64,000 nucleotides of DNA. It comes from Verrucomicrobiota bacterium (GTDB lineage Bacteria > Verrucomicrobiota > Verrucomicrobiia > Limisphaerales > SXTU01). Below, in pieces: positions 45,620-54,427 of the stretch. The stretch's first letter is position 1. Every line of letters starts with the position of its first letter. Where the stretch lies: positions 2,199-66,198 of the forward strand of contig JBDKJY010000037.1 in the NCBI GenBank assembly GCA_039796295.1, written 5' to 3'. The notes under the pieces are model-generated. The model was not told the DNA's origin. It did not search any database and worked only from the letters and a program-made list of their open reading frames with translations. Both the position numbers and the translations under genes were made by a program.

Positions 45620-48280
45620 TTGGCTGAACTCGTCCCCACTGACAGATCGCAATTGCCCGACTGGTTCACCCCGCGGCGCTTCGCCGTCTTCCTCCTCCTC
45701 GCCTTCGTCCTCGCCTTCCCCGGCATCTGGCTGGGCACCGAGACCTTCTTCCGCTCCGACTACGGCGTGATGGCTTATCCGTCCGCGCACTACCTGCGCG
45801 AGAGCCTCCGCGTCGGCGAACTGCCGCTCTGGAACCCGCTCTCGAACTGCGGCGCACCCTTCCTCGCGCAATGGGGCACCATGTGCCTCTACCCCGGCTC
45901 GCTCTTCTTCGTCGCGCTGCCGATGCCCTGGGCACTGGGCGTCTTCTGCCTCCTGCACCTGTGGCTCGGTGGCCTCGGAGCGCGGGCCTTGGCGGAACGC
46001 TGGACGGGCAACCGCTTCGCCGCCGCCGTCGCCGGCACGGCCTTCGCCATCAACGGCGCGTCGCTTGCGTGCATCACCTGGCCGAACTACTGCGTCGCCC
46101 TCGGCTGGATGCCGTGGATTGTCCTGCTCACCGAGCAAGCGTGGCGCGAAGGCGGCCGCAAACTCGTCCTCGCCGCGCTGGCGGGCACGATGCAGATGCT
46201 CACCGGCGTGCCGGAGTTGGTCGTGCTGACGTGGGGTTTGCTCGCGGTGATGCTCGTCGCCGAGTGGGTTCAAAGTTCAAAGTTCAAAGTTCAAAGTCAG
46301 TCGGCGCACGAACCCTCCGTCCCCCTCGCCCCCATCGGGGGAGAGGGCCGGGGTGAGGGGGTAGGCCACCCACAACCCACTGCGCCCAAGTCTCCAGCAC
46401 CCTCCCCACTAATCACTTATCACTTCTCACTCCTCACCCGCTTCACCGCCGTCATCCTCCTCATCACCGCCCTCTCCGCCGCGCAACTCCTCCCCTTCTT
46501 CGACCTCCTCGCCCACTCGCAGCGCGACGCCGCCTACCGCGACGCCCGCTGGCCGATGCCGCCGTGGGGCTGGGCGAACTTCCTCGTGCCGCTCTTCCGC
46601 TACTTCCAAACCCCGCAGGGCCTCTGGGTGCAGCAAGACCAGCAATTCCTCTCCAGCTACTATCTCGGCCTCGGCGTGCTCGCGCTCGCGTTGTTGGCCG
46701 TCTGGAAATCCCGCGAGCGCCGCGTCTGGCTGCTGGCGGGCGCAACCGCGTTCGCCCTCGTCATGGCGCTCGGCGATGCTGGCTACCTCTACACCGCGCT
46801 GAAACACGCCTTGCCTGGCGGCGGCATCGCGCGCTTCCCCGTGAAGTTCGTCCTCCTCGCCGCCTTCACCGCGCCCATGCTCGCCGCCTTCGGCGTCGCG
46901 TGGCTCATGGGAAATGCTGAAGGTGGAAGGCGGAAGGCGGAACCCGCCGCCACACCGCGCCCGGTAGGGCGAGACTCCGTCGAGCCCTCGATACCGCCAC
47001 AGGCGGTGCGAGCGCAGCGAGCATCTCCGGCAGCCGCGTCCGAAACCGAAACTCGCTGCGCTCGCCTCGCTGCGCTCGAAATGGGGTTCGACGGAGTCTC
47101 GCCCTACCGGGCGCTCCTCACCATCGGCATCGCCCTCGTGGCGGCCGTGGCGGCCGTCCTCTGGCTCGGCCAGCAGCACCCGCTGCAATACGACCGTTGG
47201 CCGGAGACAACCAACAATGCGCTCATCAGGATTTCGCTGCTCCTGCTGTTCCTTGTGACCATGGGCGCGCTGCTCCGCCCGGCTATCAGCGCCAACTTGG
47301 TGGCCAGCCTCGTGTTGCTCGTCCTGCTTGTCGATCTTCTAGGGCATATGCCGGCGCAGTCGCCGCGCGTCCCGGCGTTTACCATGAGCGTGTGGCCCAA
47401 ACTCTCACAGGCGCCCGAGGTCACCGGAGTTGAACCGAGGCGGTTTTTCATCACTCCATTCGCCGAGCAAGACCTGCTCTACGGAAAGCAGGTTAATTGG
47501 CCGGCTATGCACGACGACACAGGGCATTATGCTGGGTTCCAACTAGATGTATGGCCGGATCATCTACTGATGGACGCATTGAGCAAGGGAACCGCCAAGT
47601 GGTCCCATCTGAACTTGTTGAGCCGCGCTTACAAGGTGAACGGTTCCTCCACGTTGCAAGTCCGTGAACAAGCAGACGTTCAAAAGCGGCTATATCCAAC
47701 CAACCTCGCCACCGTGCCGAACGCGGACGGGATGAAGGATTTCCTGGCTGTGAATCGGATCATCAATCCGCGCGGTCCCTATCTCTGGACAAAAAGCGAT
47801 TCTGCGTTGGCGCTGGTTGCCGGAGGAACTGCTCCGACCTTTTCCGAATCTGCCGAGCTGCTCGATCAGCTCGTTGCCCCTCGCTTTGCCCCGCGCCGCG
47901 TCGTGTATCTGCCTCTTGAGGCGCAAGGCTTCGTCCCCACGAACTCCGCCAACGCCCGCGTCACCACCCACCGCTTCGCCGCCCACGAAATCCTCGCCGA
48001 GGTCGAGACCGACGCCCCGACGCTCGTGACCGTGGCGCAATCCTTCTACCACCCGTGGCGTGCCTTCGTGGACGGACAGCCGGTTAAACTCTGGCGCGCG
48101 AACTACGCCTTCCAAGCCCTCGTCGTCCCGGCGGGCAAACACACCATCCGCCTCGTGTATGTGGATGAGCAGTTCCGCCTCGGTGTCGGCATTTCGCTCG
48201 CGGGCTTGGCGGTGTGCGGCTTCCTCTGGTGGCGCGCGGGACGCGCGACTACCAGCGCACCTGAACCTATCGTGACATGA
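45620..48280 (+). CDS. YfhO-like GT-C membrane protein, paralog 2
   Basis: 886 aa (TTG start). The N-terminal 200 aa are collinear with paralogs 1 and 3. C-terminus FYHPWRAFVDGQPVKLWRANYAFQALVVPAGKHTIRLVYV. Carries in-frame repeat insertions. Confidence 0.8.
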   Translation: MAELVPTDRSQLPDWFTPRRFAVFLLLAFVLAFPGIWLGTETFFRSDYGVMAYPSAHYLRESLRVGELPLWNPLSNCGAPFLAQWGTMCLYPGSLFFVALPMPWALGVFCLLHLWLGGLGARALAERWTGNRFAAAVAGTAFAINGASLACITWPNYCVALGWMPWIVLLTEQAWREGGRKLVLAALAGTMQMLTGVPELVVLTWGLLAVMLVAEWVQSSKFKVQSQSAHEPSVPLAPIGGEGRGEGVGHPQPTAPKSPAPSPLITYHFSLLTRFTAVILLITALSAAQLLPFFDLLAHSQRDAAYRDARWPMPPWGWANFLVPLFRYFQTPQGLWVQQDQQFLSSYYLGLGVLALALLAVWKSRERRVWLLAGATAFALVMALGDAGYLYTALKHALPGGGIARFPVKFVLLAAFTAPMLAAFGVAWLMGNAEGGRRKAEPAATPRPVGRDSVEPSIPPQAVRAQRASPAAASETETRCARLAALEMGFDGVSPYRALLTIGIALVAAVAAVLWLGQQHPLQYDRWPETTNNALIRISLLLLFLVTMGALLRPAISANLVASLVLLVLLVDLLGHMPAQSPRVPAFTMSVWPKLSQAPEVTGVEPRRFFITPFAEQDLLYGKQVNWPAMHDDTGHYAGFQLDVWPDHLLMDALSKGTAKWSHLNLLSRAYKVNGSSTLQVREQADVQKRLYPTNLATVPNADGMKDFLAVNRIINPRGPYLWTKSDSALALVAGGTAPTFSESAELLDQLVAPRFAPRRVVYLPLEAQGFVPTNSANARVTTHRFAAHEILAEVETDAPTLVTVAQSFYHPWRAFVDGQPVKLWRANYAFQALVVPAGKHTIRLVYVDEQFRLGVGISLAGLAVCGFLWWRAGRATTSAPEPIVT
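46961..47110. repeat. 150-bp palindromic MITE-like element embedded in-frame in YfhO paralog 2
   Basis: The arms CCGGTAGGGCGAGACTCCGTCGA (46961-46983) and TCGACGGAGTCTCGCCCTACCGG (47088-47110) are perfect reverse complements. Inner sub-palindrome GCGAGCGCAGCGAG / CTCGCTGCGCTCGC. Length is 50 codons. Confidence 0.85.
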
Positions 48281-48298
48281 CTCTTCCACCGCACCCCA

Positions 48299-48390
48299 CA
48301 AAGCGGCGGAGGGCCGCCGCACTCCAAGACGCTGGCGCGCCCATTCTGCGCGCCAGCGTCTTGGACTGCGCCAGCCCTCTGGCGCTTTTC
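48299..48390. repeat. palindromic 'QSKTLAR-type' hairpin element
   Basis: Arms AAAGCGGCGGAGGGCCGCCGCACTCCAAGACGCTGGCGCG and CGCGCCAGCGTCTTGGACTGCGCCAGCCCTCTGGCGCTTTT around an 8-nt loop. Directly after the stop of YfhO paralog 2. Confidence 0.85.
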
Positions 48391-48419
48391 CCCGGACGCC
48401 ACCAAGCTCCCCCCACGCC

Positions 48420-51146
48420 GTGACCAACCCCACGACCAAGTCCGAACTCAGAACTCCGAACCCAGAACTGTCGCTCCTCACCCCCCGCCGCTTCGCCCTC
48501 GTGCTCGCCGTGCTCCTCGCCGTCACGTTCTGGCGCGTGCTCTTCGGCGGCGAGGCGTTCTTCTATCGCGACTACGGGTTCCTCGGCTACCCGTTCGCGC
48601 ACTTCCACCGCGAGTGTTTCTGGAGCGGCGACTTCTTCCCGCTGTGGAATCCCTACGTGAACTGCGGCGCGCCCTACCTCGCGCAATGGAACACGCTTTG
48701 CCTCTACCCTGGCTCGCTCCTCTACCTACTCCTGCCGCTCCCGTGGTCGCTGGGGCTCTTCTGCGTGGCGCACCTGTTCCTCGGCGGGATGGGGATGCGC
48801 GCGCTGGCGGAGCGGTGGACGGGCAGCTCGTTCAGCGCGGCGGTGGCGGGCGTGGCGTTCATCTTCAGCGGGCTGGTGCTGGGCTGCACCATCTACCCGA
48901 ACTACCTCGTCGCATTGGGCTGGATGCCGTGGGTCGTGCTCGCGACGCGACGCGCGTGGCAGGAGGGCGGGCGAAGCCTCGTCCTCGCCGCGCTGACCGG
49001 CGCGATGCAGATGCTGACAGGTGCGCCGGAAATCATTTTGCTGACGTGGGGGTTTCTCGCAGCCTTGGTCGTGGTGGATTGGGTCCAAAGTCCAAAGTCC
49101 AAAGTCCAAAGTTGGTCGGCGCAAGGATGCGATGGGGAGCAGGGTGATTCCTCCCTCACCCCGGCCCTCTCCCGCTGGGAGAGGGAGGGCGCAAGTGCGA
49201 CGGCGGAGACTTCTCATGCGCCACTAGCGAAGCCCGCTCCCGTGCATTCCGCTCCGCAGTCAGCAGTGCCCGAGTCCACAGCAACGCAGCCGACGTCTCC
49301 CCCTCTCCTAGCGGGAGAGGGCCGGGGTGAGGGAGAACGCGCGCCCATTGAAACCACCGTGCCCCCTTCAGTCCGACGCGCCACTAATCACTACTCACTA
49401 ATCACTCGTTTCTTCGCCGTCATCGCCCTCATCACCGGCCTCTGCGCCGCGCAACTCCTCCCGTTCCTCCAACTCCTCTCGCTCTCGCAGCGCAGCGGGG
49501 ATGCGGTGAACTCGTTTTGGTCGCTGCCGGGCTGGGGCTGGGTGAACCTGTTCTTCCCGCTGTTCATGAACTTCCAGACCGAGCAGGGCGTGTTCGTGAT
49601 GATCGGGCAGGCGTTCTTCCCGTCGGTTTATCTGGGCATCGTGCCGCTGACGCTGGCGCTGCTGGCGGTGTGGCGCGTGCGGACGCCGGAGGTGAAGCTG
49701 CTCGGCACGGCCACTCTGCTGGCCGTGCTGCTGGCGATGGGGGACAACTTCGTGCTCTGGCGTGCGCTGCGCGAAGTGTTGCCGTTGGGCATCATGCGCT
49801 TCCCGATCAAGGCGCTGCTGCTCGCGGCCTTCACGGTGCCGCTGCTGGCGGCTTGGGGAATGAAGTGGCTTGAGGATGTTGCGGTTGAGCTTCCGAAGGA
49901 TTTGCGTCAATCCCATGACTTCAGCCCTGAATTCTGGAGGCGACTGCGCGCGCACGAGGGCTGGAGGGAAGTTTGCCAACTCCTCCCCGTGCTGTTGTCC
50001 TCCGCGTTAGCGGTCGCACTCCTTGCAACGCTCTACCAAATCGGGGAACAGCCAGTGCGGGAAATTAGGCTTCGCACCCTGCTCGTGGCACTTCAAGAGT
50101 TGGTGCCGGGAATGTTCATAATCGCGTGTGTCGTGTTCACTCTTGGGTGGAGGTATCGAAACCGTTTCGTTTTGTTCCCGCTGGTTCTACTTCCAATCTG
50201 CACTGTCTTTACTCATCACCCGATCCTGAACCCCACCATCCCCGCCTCCGCCTTCGAGCCGGGCCTCGCCGCCGCCTACCACGCCAGCAAGGACGCGCTC
50301 ACGCCCGCGCCGAAGCTCGGCGAGTCGCGCATCATGCTCAGTCCGCTGGCCGAACGCGCGCTGCACACGCGGATGGTGCCGAAGTTCTACGACGACTTCA
50401 TCGGCCAGCGGCTGGCGTTCTGGGGCAACCTGAACCTGCTCGACGGGCTGCCGAAAGTGAACGGTGCGTCCACGCTCGTGACGCGCGAGTGGAACGACGT
50501 GGAGTATTTCCTCTACGGCACCACGAACCCCGCGCCCGCGAACCTCATGGACTTCCTCGGCGTGACGCACACGACCAAGCCCGGCGAGCTGATGCAGTGG
50601 GAACGCCGGACAAATGCGCTGCCGCTGGTGAGTTTGCCGCAGCAAGTCATTGAACTCGGCCGCGAGTTCGACCCGCTGCCGGAGTGGATGCAGAAGGCGG
50701 ACTGGGATCCCCGCTCGCTTGCGTTTCTAACCAAGCCGAAATCGGGGGAAAGCTCGGCGGAATTTCTGACGATCGTCTGCTATACACAAGGCCAGAAACC
50801 ACCGACTCCGCTCGGGGCTGTTCGAGTCAGCCGATTCGCCACCTCTCAGGTCGAGCTGGAGGTCGAAGCCAACATGCCACGGTGGGTGGTGCTGGCGCAG
50901 AACCATTACCCAAGCTGGCAGGCGACGGTGAATGGAGAAAAGACGGTCATCCGCAAAGCCAACCACGCTTTCCAAGCTATCCCTGTCCCCGCCGGCCAGA
51001 GCACCGTCCACCTCACCTACGTGGACTGGCATTTCCGCATCGGCGGCGGCATTTCGCTGGCGGGCTTGGCGGTGTGCGGTCTCCTCTGGTGGCGTGCGGG
51101 CTGCGGGCCGACCACCGTAACTGAAGTTGGCGGGACGGGAGAGTGA
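48420..51146 (+). CDS. YfhO-like GT-C membrane protein, paralog 3
   Basis: 908 aa (GTG start). Same N- and C-terminal architecture (HYPSWQATVNGEKTVIRKANHAFQAIPVPAGQSTVHLTYV). Has the largest repeat-built insert, at 49083-49404. Confidence 0.8.
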   Translation: MTNPTTKSELRTPNPELSLLTPRRFALVLAVLLAVTFWRVLFGGEAFFYRDYGFLGYPFAHFHRECFWSGDFFPLWNPYVNCGAPYLAQWNTLCLYPGSLLYLLLPLPWSLGLFCVAHLFLGGMGMRALAERWTGSSFSAAVAGVAFIFSGLVLGCTIYPNYLVALGWMPWVVLATRRAWQEGGRSLVLAALTGAMQMLTGAPEIILLTWGFLAALVVVDWVQSPKSKVQSWSAQGCDGEQGDSSLTPALSRWEREGASATAETSHAPLAKPAPVHSAPQSAVPESTATQPTSPPLLAGEGRGEGERAPIETTVPPSVRRATNHYSLITRFFAVIALITGLCAAQLLPFLQLLSLSQRSGDAVNSFWSLPGWGWVNLFFPLFMNFQTEQGVFVMIGQAFFPSVYLGIVPLTLALLAVWRVRTPEVKLLGTATLLAVLLAMGDNFVLWRALREVLPLGIMRFPIKALLLAAFTVPLLAAWGMKWLEDVAVELPKDLRQSHDFSPEFWRRLRAHEGWREVCQLLPVLLSSALAVALLATLYQIGEQPVREIRLRTLLVALQELVPGMFIIACVVFTLGWRYRNRFVLFPLVLLPICTVFTHHPILNPTIPASAFEPGLAAAYHASKDALTPAPKLGESRIMLSPLAERALHTRMVPKFYDDFIGQRLAFWGNLNLLDGLPKVNGASTLVTREWNDVEYFLYGTTNPAPANLMDFLGVTHTTKPGELMQWERRTNALPLVSLPQQVIELGREFDPLPEWMQKADWDPRSLAFLTKPKSGESSAEFLTIVCYTQGQKPPTPLGAVRVSRFATSQVELEVEANMPRWVVLAQNHYPSWQATVNGEKTVIRKANHAFQAIPVPAGQSTVHLTYVDWHFRIGGGISLAGLAVCGLLWWRAGCGPTTVTEVGGTGE

Positions 51147-51157
51147 GTCCGTAAGCC

Positions 51158-51250
51158 AAAAGCGGCGGAGGGCCGCCGCACTCCAAGACGCTGGCCCGAA
51201 GAGGGGGCGCGCCAGCGTCTTGGACTGCGCCAGCCCTCTGGCGCTTTTCC
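51158..51250. repeat. palindromic 'QSKTLAR-type' hairpin element
   Basis: Same family as 48299-48390. Directly after the stop of YfhO paralog 3. A half-copy lies at 43168-43198, after the MFS gene. Confidence 0.85.
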
Positions 51251-51337
51251 TCGGACCCCGGGCAGCCACCTCTTCGCCAGAACATCCCCTGCCGCCAACT
51301 CCAACTCGGAACCCAACACTCGGAACTCAAAACCGCT

Positions 51338-52432
51338 TCACCGCGCCAGCGGCAGGGTGAAGATAAACGTGGCACCTTTGCCCGGCTCGCTGCGGGCGGA
51401 GATTTTGCCGCCGTGGTCTTCGACGATCTTCTTGCAGATGGAGAGGCCCAGGCCGGTGCCGCTCTGCTTGCCGTGCGTGGCGAAGGGCTCGAAGAGGCGC
51501 TGGGCGATCTCGGGCGCGATGCCCGGGCCGGTGTCTTCCACCTCGGTGACCACTTCGCTGTCGCGCTGGTAGGCCCGGATCGTGATGAGGCCGCCGGGTT
51601 TCATCTCTTCGCAGGCGTTGTTGACGAGGTTGTAGAAGAGGCGTGAGAGGCGCTGCGGCTCGAGCGCTACCGCTACCGCCGGCAGCGGCGGCTCGACGCG
51701 CAACTGCATCCCGCGCTCGGCGATCTCCGCGCCGAGCTCCTCGCCCAGCGCGCCGACATATTCGGCGTAGCTGACGGTGGCCAGGACGAGCTGGGAACTG
51801 GTGTTGCGGGTGAAGTCCAGCAGTTCGTTGAGCATGTTGGTCATGCGGGCGACCTGTCGGGAGATGCGCACCTGGGCCTGGCCGCGCAGCTCGGGGGTGG
51901 CGTGGTCCATACCGGCCATCTCAGCGGCGAGGCCGATGACGTTGAGTGGGTTCTTGAAGTCGTGGACGATGGTGCGCGCGAAGCGGCCCACCATGGCGAG
52001 GCGTTCGGCCTGGAGGATTTCATCTATGTATTTCTGGTTCAGCGAACGGACGCGCTGGCTGAACTCGCGGATGAGGTTCAAGGCCAGCTTGGGGCGATGC
52101 TCCAGCAGGAGCAGCAGCTCCGGGCGTCCGATGCAGAACGCCTGTGTCTCCACCTCGGCGGTGGCGGTGGCGGACCGTGGGGCTTCGTCCAGCAGGGCCA
52201 TCTCGCCGAAGAACTCGCCGGCGGCGAAGGTCGCCAGCTGGCGCGAGTCCTTACCGACGACAGCAGAAATGACGACACGGCCCGACTCGACGAGGTAGAA
52301 GCCGTCGCCCGAATCGCCCGCGCGGAAGATGGTCTCGCCGGCTCGGAACCGACGCATCTTGGCGGTCTGTTCCAACGCCTGGAGTTCTTCGTTGAGGAGT
52401 CCGGCGAAGCGTTTCTCTTCGAGTGGGTTCAT
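51338..52432 (-). CDS. cyclic nucleotide-binding domain histidine kinase
   Basis: 364 aa. N-terminal cNMP-binding pattern ([18 protein letters not shown]...[15 protein letters not shown]). Followed by the H-box VHDFKNPLN and HATPase_c motifs (DTGPGI, GTGLGLS). Confidence 0.88.
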   Translation of the reverse strand: MNPLEEKRFAGLLNEELQALEQTAKMRRFRAGETIFRAGDSGDGFYLVESGRVVISAVVGKDSRQLATFAAGEFFGEMALLDEAPRSATATAEVETQAFCIGRPELLLLLEHRPKLALNLIREFSQRVRSLNQKYIDEILQAERLAMVGRFARTIVHDFKNPLNVIGLAAEMAGMDHATPELRGQAQVRISRQVARMTNMLNELLDFTRNTSSQLVLATVSYAEYVGALGEELGAEIAERGMQLRVEPPLPAVAVALEPQRLSRLFYNLVNNACEEMKPGGLITIRAYQRDSEVVTEVEDTGPGIAPEIAQRLFEPFATHGKQSGTGLGLSICKKIVEDHGGKISARSEPGKGATFIFTLPLAR

Positions 52433-52637
52433 AGCGGTGCCAATCTATTCCGCCGGGGCCTTCCGTAAAGCCCGGAGATTCCTGACGGGGCGGAACGGGG
52501 TGCAGCCCGGGTTTGTAACCCGATACAGCTCGGGCCCGCCAATCACGCTCGGCCTGATCAGGGTGGGCGCAGTCGGGCAACGCTGTGGGCCCACAGACCC
52601 GGCGGCATTCGGCGGCAGCAAGCAGCACCCCGTCGCC

Positions 52638-54314
52638 TCACTTCTTCTTCTTCGGCACCGGCGGGGGCGCGGGCTTGTTCGCCACGGTCAGCCACGCAAT
52701 GTGGCCGTCATTGATGAGGCGGTCGCCGCGTGCATCGGCACCGCGCAGGCTGAAGGTCGCGGCGCGGCTCAGGGGCGGGCGCACCTCGGGCGCGGAGAGC
52801 AGGATTTCAATCGGCCCGCTCGCCGCCTTCGCATCGGAGCTCGCGACAAGCTCCAGCTTCACTTCACCGCTCTTGTCCGGCACGGCGGCGGGACGGGCGG
52901 TCACGCCGTCGGGCAGGCCTTTCACGCTGAGGACGAGCTTCTCCTTGAAGCCCTCGACGCGCGTTACGGTGACTTTGATTTCGTTCGTCTTGCCGTTCTC
53001 CACGAAGAACGCGTGCGTCGGCACCGTGGCGGTGAAGTGCGGCGGAGCCGGAGCGGTCGCGAGCCGATAGACGTGGTCTGCGCTGCCCTGGCCATACATA
53101 TCGCTGACGGCCACGATGAAATTGCCGTCCGTCGGCGCGGTCCAGGCGAGGCGCGGGTCGGTGCCATCGCCGCCCTCCGCTTGGGCGAGCGAGACGCCGT
53201 TGGTGTCCTCCACGCGCACCCGCGCGGCGAGCGGGGAATGCAGCGCGGCGGCCCGCATCTGGAAGTTGAAGCGGTCGGCTTTCTTCGCGGTGAAGGTGAA
53301 ACGGTCCACATCGCCGAGCTTGCCGATGCGCCCGTTCAAGGTCGCGGGGAGCGTGACGGGCTGGGCGTTCGTGGTCGCGTCGTTCGGCTCCATCTCGGTC
53401 AACTCAGTGCCGTCGCCCACGTCGAGCCAGAGTGCGTCGCCGGTCAGTTCGGCGGGGAGGAAGAGCAATGGCTCGGCGGGTTGGACGCGGGAGGCGTCCA
53501 CGGTCTGCGGGGTAGGGGGCAAGTTCCAGCCAAGCAAGTTCAGCGCGGTCTTGCTCCCGCGCTTCACGCCCACCGGGAAGGCGGAGCGGGCGAACGGACC
53601 GGTGGTGACGGTGAGGCGATAGACGTAGGCGGCGTTGCCCTTGGCCGCGATGTCGGAGGCGGGCGGGTGGGCGAAGCCGAGCACCTGCACGGTGTAAGTG
53701 CCCGCGCGCTCCACCCGGAACGCGACGAGCGGATCGAGGTTGTGGGTGTCGTGGTTGAAAGCCACGCGCACGCCGCGCTCGTCGAGGATTTGCACGACGG
53801 GGTCCACGGAGCTGCCGAGCGCGTAGGACGCCACGCTGGCCACGAGCCATTTTCCCGGTTCAACCACGAGCGAGAAACTGTCCACGTCACCGGCTTTCTC
53901 CAGTCGGCCATTGATGACGACGGCGGTTTGGTCGAGCCGCTGCGCTTGGCGGAAGTCGTCGTTCGGCTCGGCCTCCAGGATTTCCGCGCGCGCGCCGACG
54001 ACGAAGGTGCGCGGTTCCGCTGCGCCCTCGGGGTTGTAGAAGCGCACCAGATGCGGTCCCGGCGGCACTTCCGCGCCGATGCTCACGGAGTAAGTGCCGC
54101 TGTTGGTCACGGCCTTGAAGACGAGTCCGGCGTGGTCGGTCCACGCGCCGACGGGCCAGCCGTCCAGCTTGCCGCCGACGGTGACGCTGACGGTTGCGCC
54201 CACCTTGCCGCCGCTGGGGAAGAGGAACTCCGGCGCGGGCACGGCGGCTGGGGCGGAGAGGATAGCGGTTAGCGGATAGAGAAGAGCGGCGACGAGCCGG
54301 ACGCACACGGACAT
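52638..54314 (-). CDS. secreted protein with repeated pre-peptidase C-terminal (PPC)-like domains
   Basis: ORF 52638..54527; ATG 54314 gives the signal MSVCVRLVAALLYPLTAILSAPA. Two E.EPND....A......ING.......GDVD.F.F units are typical of PPC domains. Lys-rich C-terminal tail. Confidence 0.75.
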   Translation of the reverse strand: MSVCVRLVAALLYPLTAILSAPAAVPAPEFLFPSGGKVGATVSVTVGGKLDGWPVGAWTDHAGLVFKAVTNSGTYSVSIGAEVPPGPHLVRFYNPEGAAEPRTFVVGARAEILEAEPNDDFRQAQRLDQTAVVINGRLEKAGDVDSFSLVVEPGKWLVASVASYALGSSVDPVVQILDERGVRVAFNHDTHNLDPLVAFRVERAGTYTVQVLGFAHPPASDIAAKGNAAYVYRLTVTTGPFARSAFPVGVKRGSKTALNLLGWNLPPTPQTVDASRVQPAEPLLFLPAELTGDALWLDVGDGTELTEMEPNDATTNAQPVTLPATLNGRIGKLGDVDRFTFTAKKADRFNFQMRAAALHSPLAARVRVEDTNGVSLAQAEGGDGTDPRLAWTAPTDGNFIVAVSDMYGQGSADHVYRLATAPAPPHFTATVPTHAFFVENGKTNEIKVTVTRVEGFKEKLVLSVKGLPDGVTARPAAVPDKSGEVKLELVASSDAKAASGPIEILLSAPEVRPPLSRAATFSLRGADARGDRLINDGHIAWLTVANKPAPPPVPKKKK

Positions 54315-54427
54315 GGGGAAACGGACTGGGGCGAGAGCAGATGTAATCAAACCGAGTGCCGGCGGCTTGCCGCCGGCGTCGAGAGCTTCGGAACTCACAG
54401 GCAGCGACTTGAAGTCGCCGACACGGG

